Source of the DNA: Octopus vulgaris
Lineage: Eukaryota
Assembly (NCBI GenBank): GCA_951406725.2
Contig: OX597815.1
Location: 61,938,001-62,002,000, forward strand
Direction: 5' to 3'
Length of the DNA stretch: 64,000 bases
In this document: piece by piece, positions 53,760-64,000 of the stretch
Layout of the letters: each line of letters begins with the position of its first letter
How positions within the stretch are numbered: position 1 is the stretch's first letter
Made by a program: the position numbers and the translations under genes
The notes under the pieces: model-generated
Told to the model about the DNA's origin: nothing
Database searches by the model: none
What the model saw: the letters and a program-made list of their open reading frames with translations, nothing else

Positions 53760-54961
53760 GTTCATATATACGCATGTGTATGCGCCTGTACATGTGCAAT
53801 ATATTACATTTATAAATGCATCGAGAGCATACACATACACTCTCACACATACACATGCACACACACGCACACACACACACACACACACTCCCTCTCACGC
53901 ATGCACTCTCTCTCACACACACACATCCTAGATCATGGATATCCAAAATATTTCAATACCATGCGAACTTAGTCACGTTTCTCGTGTCTGATGGTATTCT
54001 CCGCTCTCTTCTTCCTTGTAGTTAATGTTTTCCTGTTCTGCCTTACATAACGGAATCACAAAACACGTTGTACACATACATACGTAAAGACATACACGCA
54101 TACATTTACATATATACACTTGCACACCCTTATATGTTCACATAGAAATAGTAACACACATGCACACATAGAAATAGGTTGGCCGCTACTGGTAAATGAG
54201 AGCTCAGTATAGTGTATCATGACCCAGTCATCTTGTAGTAAAGCATTTGCTCTGTGTTAACATAATATAATAAATTGCTCCCCGGGAAGAACCGATATGA
54301 CTCTGCATCCTAATATGCTATGATCTCACACTGCAGAGCCACAATGGCTAAACGTGCGTAAGGAAAAATAGCAAAAGCAGCATGCGTTTATTATTATTTT
54401 TCTTATAGTTTTACTGTATATCATAATCAGTAATACTCCTAAGTATAGTATTTACCACTCCACTTTACTAAAAGTAGACTGGGTAACGATACTATATGAG
54501 AAGCTGTAAATTCACCAGTAGCATTCTTGCATCAAACTGCATACACAAGATATACCATGTGTATATGTGTGTGTGTATGTGTGTGTGTGTGTATGGGAAT
54601 CAGTTTAGGATTGCTGGAAATACACTAAAGACTTAAAACAAATCGTAAATTTTTTGTCTTTTAATTTATTAAAACACCATACAGGTTTCAACATTACGTT
54701 TTGGTTTTTGAGTTGCAAATACATTTTAAAGAAGTATAAAAAAAAGTTGAAAACAGAATGCACAGCAGAATATTCCACAGATATAAAACATGCTCAAAAA
54801 TAAATAAATAAATAAAATGCTTAATGCTTTCAAAATTACGATGAAAACTCATGCATTTACTAGGTTTCCCAGCTGTAAGAAATTATGAAAGTTCTAATGT
54901 CTGATAAATATCATAGCAATAATATATAATAGAAATTTGAAAGTTCAATAAGTTTCCAACA

Positions 54962-55122
54962 AGCAAATGCTTAGCGGCATTTCGTCCACCGCCGAAATTG
55001 ACTTTGCCTTTCATCATTTCCGAGTCGATGAGATAAGTACCAGTTGTGTGCTGGGGTCGATGTAATCGACTTACCTGTCTCCCACCGAGCTTGTAGATCT
55101 TGTGCCAAAATTTGAAACCAAT
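54962..55122 (+). mobile_element. SINE family B fragment
   Basis: aaatgcttagcggcatttcg...gactttgcctttcatc...taagtaccagt...tcttgtgccaaaatttgaaacc. Confidence 0.8.
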
Positions 55123-56164
55123 AAGTTGTTTCATCGTTTTACATTATTTGTTCAAATATTACTGAGATCAAAGTTGCAGTTCACCTTTCCAAGCTAATTA
55201 AAATCGAATACCAATGACCTATTGGACTGAAGTGTTTTAGAAATGCATATTACTGTTACAGTCTAAGAGACACATTTTAACCATTTGAATACACACAAGA
55301 ACTTGAACATTTAATATTTGGTGTTAAAATTTTCGTCGCAAAAACTGCGACCTGATCACTGACATCATATAATAAATGTTTAAGTGAAGTTAACAGTCTT
55401 TGTGTGTTTTCGAATGACTAATATGTTTAAACACATTGTCTCAGATCAAATCACTTATCAGACAAGTACATGAACGAAATGTTATGGTTATTGATATTTA
55501 CCAATTTAAATATGTTTTTTCTTCGTTTACGCAATTTAATGACGTTCCACAACCAAAGTCTCTCATTTATTGCCAGGAAAAAATAAATGAAAAATTCATA
55601 AAAGTCGATAATTATTTCGTCTATTCAGTATTTTAATTGGTTATTCGTCTTTGAATGTATTGTCTTCGAGAAGTCTTTTGGCTGCTGAGAAAGCTTGTTG
55701 CATTACTTTATCAGAAACTTACTCTAATATTTAAAGCTTCTCTTTGAAGGTATTCGAAAAATTCTTTATATCTCTTGAAGAAGATTGCAGAACTGATAAG
55801 AACATGAATAAGCCTTGTTGTGAGGTGGCTGACAATATTGTGACATGTGGCGTTTACAGTGAAATGTAAAGATTGAAAACGTATGTCATGAAAGTAACAA
55901 TGCACAAAGAGAATTAAAAGTTGGAAACAAAAACAAAGCTCACAAATAAAAATCAAACGAAACGAACTGTAAAGATGTTTGAAACAATTATATGGGCAAG
56001 TGAACTCTCAAATTGCATTGGCTAGACCTGCTGGGTCTCTTATTTTGTAATTTAAGGGAAATCTTATTTTCATAGCGGTATCATTTCTTTTATTACACAC
56101 ATGTATATATGTATATGTGTGTGTATGTGTATGTATGCATGTGTGTGTATATGTATGCATATAT

Positions 56165-56232
<68 letters not shown>

Positions 56233-57422
56233 ATATGTACATCATATGTGTGTGTGTGTGAATTGGTGTGTATCTGCAAGTATGCATGGTTGCCCGTCTG
56301 TGTGTGTATGTTTTATTGTAAGCAATTATCAAATGCTGGAATATTTGGCGATACATTGAAAAATAATCTCTGCCCCCGTGGTGCGCGAACCCATGTGACT
56401 CTCATTTAGATTATGGTAGAGGCTCCAAGACACACACACAACTGTGTACGTAAATAATTCTAGCTCTTGAATGTTTTGTATTTATATGTGTGCGTATATC
56501 TAAGCCCTGTGTGCGTTTGTGGAGACAGAGAAAGAGAGAAATAGAAAGATAGATAGAGAGACAGAGAGATGTAGGGAGAGATATGCACCGCCACAAATCT
56601 TAATCATACGTAAATACGCCCATATATGTTATACAATTAGTCAGAGATACATGCGCGTTACGGAAATTATCGTATGTATTTATAGACAAATAAGTGCGCG
56701 CGCACACACACACATACACAAATACACACACACACATACATATATGTATATATAGATATGTATCCATTTGTATATATGTACATGTAAACAAATATTTATG
56801 CACACACGCAAACACACAAACACGAACACACGTATGTTCATATGTATTTATGTGTGTGTATGTACACCTAAAAGGAGGTATACGCATGCAAATATATATC
56901 CTACTGCAATAAACACGCAATATAACAAAACAAACTATATATATATATGTATGTATGTATATATGAGTGAGCAGGCAAGCGAAAGTAAAAGGCGCTCAAG
57001 ACATTTAGCAGGAGTTACATGTGTTATTATTTTAAAAGTTTGATTCGGCTATCTGCGACTTAAGGTTTCGCAGGCCTCCTTTCAGAAACCTAGCTCGTTC
57101 AGGTTATATGTATACATACATACATACATACATACATACATACATACATACATACATACATACATGCATGCATGTTTGTGTGGGGTGAGTGTAGGGAAGG
57201 GTTGGTGTATATGTAGACAAATTCGTGGAACTGTCTACAACTAAACACACATTTACAAATATACACACATGGTATTTATTAAACATGGAGACGTATTTAC
57301 GTACATTGCAATATACAAGATAAACATATATAAACATATATACGTATAGGTATATGTATTTCTATATATATATATGCAAAAGCGCAGACATACACACATG
57401 CACTTACACAATTTACACACAC

Positions 57423-57468
<46 letters not shown>

Positions 57469-57789
57469 GTATGTGTGTGTGTATACACATACATACACAC
57501 ATACACACACATGTATATACTACATATGTAGAAATATATGAGTGTGTTTGTTTGTGGCGTTGTTATCTAACTTCTACGTCGTTTTATCGATTTGAACTAT
57601 TTGAGTTAATTTCGCAATTTATCCAGTACAACGCTTAAACAAGTAAATAGAATTTTCCTAAACAATAGATCCACTTATTTCGGTTAGTTACTTAGTCACG
57701 GATATACCAACACTAGCGCCGCTGAGGGTAATATTCTCTGCGAACGCACAAAAGCTTTTTTCAGAGTTATTTACTTTGAATTGTTATTA

Positions 57790-58086
57790 TCTCATATCTG
57801 ATGAGCCTACTATTACGTGACATGCTTCACGATTTTAGTATACATATTAGTATTTCCTCCTAAGTTCTATATACTCTGGGAACCTATTTAAGCCCTTTTC
57901 GGGGCTAATTTATTTGAATTCTTACTATCGGGTAATTAATTTCATGTTATTACATAACTGACTTCACAATTTGGGTATTCATAACTTATTGGGAACAGTT
58001 CGGTATTCTCAATAAATGCACAAAAACCGTTTTAAAGGCTACATACTTTGTATTGTTGTTACTGGATTAGCGAAACAATTATGAGA
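57790..58086 (+). ncRNA. Degenerate hammerhead with long stem II insert
   Basis: tctcatat-CTGATGA-gc...(about 260 nt)...gc-GAAAC-aatt-(GUH missing)-atgaga. Confidence 0.4.
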
Positions 58087-58104
58087 ACGGAACCAAGGGA
58101 TAAG

Positions 58105-58142
58105 CCCCGCTTTCCCGGGAATTACCGGGTACGTCAGCTAGT
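58105..58142 (+). mobile_element. Helitron-like 3' terminus
   Basis: cccgggaattaccggg hairpin followed by tacgtcagCTAGt. Confidence 0.55.
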
Positions 58143-58145
58143 ATG

Positions 58146-58189
<44 letters not shown>

Positions 58190-58742
58190 AATAAGTACTT
58201 AAAATGATAAAGGAAAAGAAATGTTATGAATTTCATTAGCTTACAGATGTTTCTACTATAAAATGTAATGCTTGTGTATCACCCTCTGTCCTCGACTGGC
58301 ACTTTTTTCTGGACATGTACATTGAGTTCTAACATCAGTTTATTAATATCGCTATGCCTAAGAGAAAGAATAAAATAAATACATTTAGACAGAAACAACG
58401 TCCTATTAATATGAGTAGTTACTCAATATTTTTGTTGAATACAAGTTTATTCTTGAACTGTGATATTGTTACCACTTAAGCCATCGTTGATAGCTTAACT
58501 GCCGAAACTTCGAGGTTTCTGAAAAGAATATTCTTTTATATATACACAAATATATCATTATTTAAAACAGTTTCATTTGGGTCCATGAGACTTAAAGTTT
58601 CGCGGGCTTCTAACTGAAACCCGATTCATCAATGCTGAGATTACTTATTCGGTAATGTAAGTCTGGATGCACGCATCCTCCCACAAACTCACACGCACAC
58701 GCACACGCACACACACACACGCGCACACATACACACACACGC

Positions 58743-58775
<33 letters not shown>

Positions 58776-58984
58776 AGCACACACATTCAACTACATATCA
58801 GCATACTACAAGTGTAGTGTTTATATGTTTTTTTTTTTATTTCAGAACTAGCACAGCCATCAGTTTAAGTATCTACTTCATAATGACCTATGGTTGAAAC
58901 GATCATCGTTACAATTTGCATATGTACACACAGCGCGCGCGCACGTGTGCAAGTATATACTTGTTCTACGTATGTATGTTTGTA

Positions 58985-59808
58985 TTCTTTTATTCTTTTA
59001 CTCGTTTCAGTCATTTGACTGCGGCTATGCTGGAGCACCGCCTTTAGTCGAATAAATCGAGCCGAGAACTTATTCTTTGTAAGACTATACCTATTCTATC
59101 AGGTTCTTTTGCCAAACCGCTAAGTTACGGGGACGTAAACACACCAACATCGGTGTCATGCGGTGGTGGTGGTGGTGGGGGGGGGGGCAAACACATACAC
59201 ACAAATACAAACTTTCATATATATATATATTACTTCGTCTGCCGTAAGGCATTATTTTTGAAATACGCCAGCTAAGTTGAACTGTCTAAAGTCGAAAGAC
59301 GTCTGTTGTTTTTGTCCGGTTATTGTTATTATTATTGTTTTTTGTATTTATATTCGTGTAACATCGTCCGTTTTTCTGTCCTTGTTTCGTATACATTCGA
59401 TCCTTTTTCCAAGAAATCTATTGCTCGTAGCTTAGTTTTTCCTTGGGGCTGGCCAGATCGGAGCAATCTCAAGATTAATCAGCCGAAATTGTGAGGATGA
59501 TCCGGTTCTTGACTGAAGATTAGAGGCTTCGAATGACCCGTCCGTTTTTTGTATCGTCTATTTGAATGTTTTGCGTTCTTGTCCCATTTTGTATTTTTAT
59601 ATATATATTTTTATACATATTATATATATATATATATATATATACAACAGGCTTCTTTCAGTTTCTCTCTACCAAATCCACTCACAAGACTTTGGTTGGC
59701 CCGAGGCTATAGTAGAACACACTTGCGCAAGGTGCCACGCAGTGGGATTGAACCTGGAACCATGTGGTTGGAAGGCAAGATCCTTGCCATAAAGCCACAC
59801 CTGCGCCT
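58985..59808 (-). mobile_element. SINE family A split by a nested family G insertion (59232-59597)
   Basis: SINE 3' half at 58985-59200 and 5' half at 59645-59808 flank the insert at the SINE's internal microsatellite. Confidence 0.82.
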
Positions 59809-60169
59809 GTATTCATGTGTAAGCTCAGTATTGGTAAATTCTTGGAACCCTTTCATTGATGTTTCTCGCGAGATTTCCTCCATAACGGGTTTACCATAGT
59901 CTGAAAGATAGTCATAGGAATAAATACAAATTTATTCATCATAACTAAAACTGCATTAAAAAGAATCACTTTCCATACATGTATTTTAGAGAAATGATGC
60001 TGACATCATAAATACGCTACATACAATTTGCACGTGACTAGATACAAGTATAATGTGGTCAGCGTATGACAACTGAATAGAGAAATGTATAACACGTTTT
60101 CTAATGCGTGTTTTTTCTCGACATCCAATCAAATCTGTATGTATTATAGTTTAATCATATTTCTGTATG

Positions 60170-61125
60170 TTTGCGAACACTGTTGCTTATGAGTTGTCTG
60201 GCCGATTCCCTTCATCAAATGTCTGAAAATCAATAACATGAAAAGAATTTCATCTGCAGCAAAGCATCATCAAAAAGTTTCTGAAACACTAGAACTCAAG
60301 AACAGAAGGAAGAACATCAGGGCAAAGAGCTGGAAAGGAAAGGAATGACATGGCCAATTTCAGCAACAAACCACAGATGTTAGAAGCAAAGGATGCTGAT
60401 TGTTTCTCACAGATAGAAACCTGAAAGGAAAAAACTGCATCTCTAATTATAGCCACTCAAGAACAAGTTGTTAGGACGATTCTGATCAAGACCAACAGAA
60501 CTCAGTCAGAGAACAAACACAGAATCCTCAGGAAAGGAGAAGAAAGTATTAGCTATTTCTTGAGTGAAAGCTAATACGCTAGCAGTAAGCTAGTGTAAAA
60601 AGAATATAAGTGTATCTCTGACTAGCAATAAGCTAGTGTAAAAAGAGTATAATCATATCTCTTACAGTATTGGTAAAAGAGTGCAATGGGATGTTAGCCG
60701 AGTGTGTGGATTGAATGTAGCAGAAAAGTGGTATGAACATGATCCGTAAAGCTGTGATAGCGAATGATAATTATAGGATTTTATGGGATTACTACGTAAA
60801 GATTGACCATATCATTGAAACACGATAACCTGACATGATGGTAGAGACGAAAAAAAAAGTGTAAGATCATAGACTTTGCAATATCATATGATAACGGAGT
60901 GGATACCACAGAAATTGTAAAAATTTGAGAGATGAAAAGATTGCGTAAAATAAAGATGACAATTCCTCCTGTGGTAATTGGTGTTCTCAGCACAGTACCC
61001 AAAATGCTACATAAAAGGCTGAAGGATATTGGCCCTGCTTAGAAGTGCCATTTTGTATTCCACAAGAATTCTAAAAAAGGTTCTCGAGGTTTGAAGAGAC
61101 TTGTCACTAAACCTCAGGATAATAA
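60170..61125 (+). mobile_element. R4/Dong-like LINE 3' part, decayed
   Basis: SLIIATQEQVVRT; EESISYFLSE; KRVQWDV..EKWYEHDP; YRILWDY..PDMM..KIIDFAISYD; PVVIGVLSTVPK; RILKKVLEV*. Confidence 0.88.
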
Positions 61126-61161
61126 CCCTACAAACTAAAATAGTTTGCAATATGTTTATAT

Positions 61162-61224
<63 letters not shown>

Positions 61225-61332
61225 GTGCATTGCTGCTTCTCTTGTATCGTTGGTTCTTTTGTAGAAAAATCCACTCATTCAAGTTGCAGATTTTCAGCAA
61301 GAAGGCTTATGGAATTGGAAAAAATAACAGCA

Positions 61333-61429
<97 letters not shown>

Positions 61430-62599
61430 GTCTATTTACCTGTCTGCCTGTCAATTACTTTTCATTTCTCTATCTCTATATGAATCATTGTTTTTCATTT
61501 ATTATTTCTTTCTTCTTTACTTTCTCTCTTTTTTTCTTCCTTTCTTTCCTTCTTTCTTTGTTTCTTTTGTACCCATCGCCATGTATCTCACCATTTCTTG
61601 CTTCTTAGTCTCCCTTCATTTTCCCCTTCTAAGCCCTTTCTGTCTATCTTTCTGTCTCCCTCTTTGTTGGACTAAATAATTTTTTTTTGCTGTTGCTCCC
61701 TCTGTCACTCACACTCACGCACATACATTCTCATTCACGGAGTTCGAGTTTACACCATCAGTTCAGTTCCCCTCTCCTCACCCATGCACCATACCCCCGT
61801 GCCAGACGCCCCCCCCCCCGTGGCCCTCCACGCCCCCACAAACCTAGACACTCAAACATTACACATACCCAAACACACTAACACATTGTCACACACATCC
61901 AAACACACCTACACTCTCCACATAGTAAACCCATCCACACAGTACCTTACCCCTCATCACTTCCTACAAATGCCAGAAACACCACCGCCCACCCCCCACC
62001 TCTTTGCCTAAGTCTGTCTCCTAATGTGTTAACCATTGCCGTACTTCTTGGATGTTGCCGATGATATGCATGACTTGGGTTCCACTGCTTGGGTACCGTC
62101 GGTAATATACCTACTCTGGTTGTGTGTGTCTGTGTATGTGTGCGCGCGTGTGTATGTGTATGAGTCAGCTTCTGTGCATGTGATAAATCGTATATGCGTT
62201 TAATGTTTATGTATGTATGTATGTATGTTTGTACTCATGTGTATACGTTACTCTTTGTATGTGAATTGTAATACATATGTTTATACACACACATACACAT
62301 ACACACACACATTCATTTAAGTTACAATATATGGATTCAAGTAATCCGGTAGTACTCATAAAAAAAGACTCCTTAAAGTATCATCGTACAAATCATATAG
62401 ACTATATAGTAATACACACGAGAGATATTTTGCATTTTGCATTAATGCACGCATGTAAATAATTTATTTATTATTAAATATCATATTTTTAGTTATTTGT
62501 ATGTTTTTAAGTTACGAAACAAATTTGTCGTGATCTTAGGATTTTTCTTATTGTCAAAGTTCATCTGAATATTTCTGTCATTTATGACTTTATATGTGT

Positions 62600-63010
62600 A
62601 TTCTTTCTTTTAGTCATTTGACTGTGGCCATGCTGGAGCACCGCCTTTAGTCGAGCAAATCGACCTCAGGACTTATTCTTTGTAAGCCTAATACTTATTC
62701 TGTCGGTCTCTTTTGCCGAATCACTAAGTTACGGGGACGTAAACACACCAGCATCGGTTGTCAAGCGATGTTAAAGGGGCAAACAGACACACAAAGATAT
62801 ACATACATACATACATACATACATACATACACAAACACTCGCACACACATACACACGCACACACACATACAGATATATATATATATTTATATATATATAT
62901 ACGAGGCTATAATAGAAGACACTTGCCTGCCCATGGTGTCACGCAGTGGGACGGAACCCGGAACTATGTGGTTGGTAAACAAGATACTTACTACACAGCC
63001 ACTCCTGCGT
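62600..63010 (-). mobile_element. SINE family A
   Basis: gtcatttgactgtggccatgctggagcaccgcctttagtcg...acacagccactcctgcg. Confidence 0.9.
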
Positions 63011-63019
63011 CTGTGTGTG

Positions 63020-63508
63020 AGGTTTTTCTGGACTTGTACAATCACACCGGTTGGGCAGCTGACCTTTACAACAGTGCATGACCTTTGTTCCCTGTCCCAC
63101 AGAACAAAATCAGGTCTTATGTTTTCACCGAATTGCTATTTTCATTGGAGTGTTCAACCAGTATTCATTACTTTTAAGGTGTTGAATACCTGCTAGTTCT
63201 GACATGCCTTTGATATATACGTCAGGGCAGTCCTTCCTGCGGATAGCATTGTAAACAGTCTTTGTAACTATATCATGCCTCTGGGCAGGTAATATCTTTT
63301 ACATATTTTTGGGCAGCTGCTGATGCTGTGAGTGATATCTTCCACACTGGTATAGCAGAACCGACATTTTCAGTTACAACACGGTTGATGGTTTCTTTGT
63401 CCTTATTTATCAGGTATTTAGTAAGTAACTCCTCTTTCTTGAATAGCGACGGCATATGCTTCTCGGTGAGATGTAATATATCTATCGCAGGTCCAGGAGA
63501 GGCGACTC
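63020..63508 (-). mobile_element. R2-group (RLE-type) LINE fragment: CCHC knuckle, RHD and PD motifs
   Basis: KCRFCYTSVEDITHSISSCPKICKRYYLP; RHDIVTKTVYNAIR; RPDFVLWDREQRSCTVVKVSCP, read across frameshifts. Confidence 0.85.
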
Positions 63509-63705
63509 TATGTATGTATGTATGTATGTATGTATGTATGTATGTATGTATGTATGTATGTATGTATGTATGTATGTATGTATGTATGTATGTATGTATG
63601 TATGTATGTATGCATGCATGCATGTATGTATGTATGTATTATATATGTATGTATGTATGAATGTATGTATGTATGTATGTATGTGTGTGTGCGTGCGTGC
63701 GTGCA

Positions 63706-63738
<33 letters not shown>

Positions 63739-64000
63739 ACAGAAAATTACATCTGAAACACGGGTGTTAGTGAACTGGTGGCACGCAGACATATCGGTGG
63801 GACTGGAATGATCTGTCCTCTACACTCTTTACAGACAAACCAGTCAAGTTTCGTCGAAGTCTACCTCACCTGTCGGGTGGGTACTCCAATAATGGCCGCT
63901 GACATTGGGGGCACTGTGGGTAATTTCGACTTATAACACTGCTCATAGAAGACTGAGATATTTGGGACTCTATCTTCATAGTTATATTAATGAATAACGC

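Overview
Repeat-saturated, AT-rich eukaryotic animal DNA, intergenic or intronic. The SINE families and extreme (TA)n/(CA)n/(TATG)n/(TAA)n density suggest an Octopus genome (inference). I find no host protein-coding gene with confidence, and most ORF-track entries are microsatellite artefacts. The recognisable content is decayed mobile DNA: HERO, R4/Dong-like, Tx1/L1 and Penelope-like retroelements, Tc1/mariner/maT transposons, Helitron-like elements and several tRNA-derived SINE families. Two things stand out. (1) A Naiad-type Penelope-like element (28847-31214) has inverted terminal repeats, each carrying a hammerhead ribozyme. Its GIY-YIG region has in-frame TGA codons at two conserved Cys positions, making it a candidate selenoprotein-encoding retrotransposon. 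(2) About a dozen intact or decayed minimal type I hammerhead motifs, mostly with palindromic stem III, occur across the window. They sit in small non-coding elements embedded in (TA)n, alongside several fold-back hairpin elements. All structures and alignments were read by eye and element boundaries are approximate.
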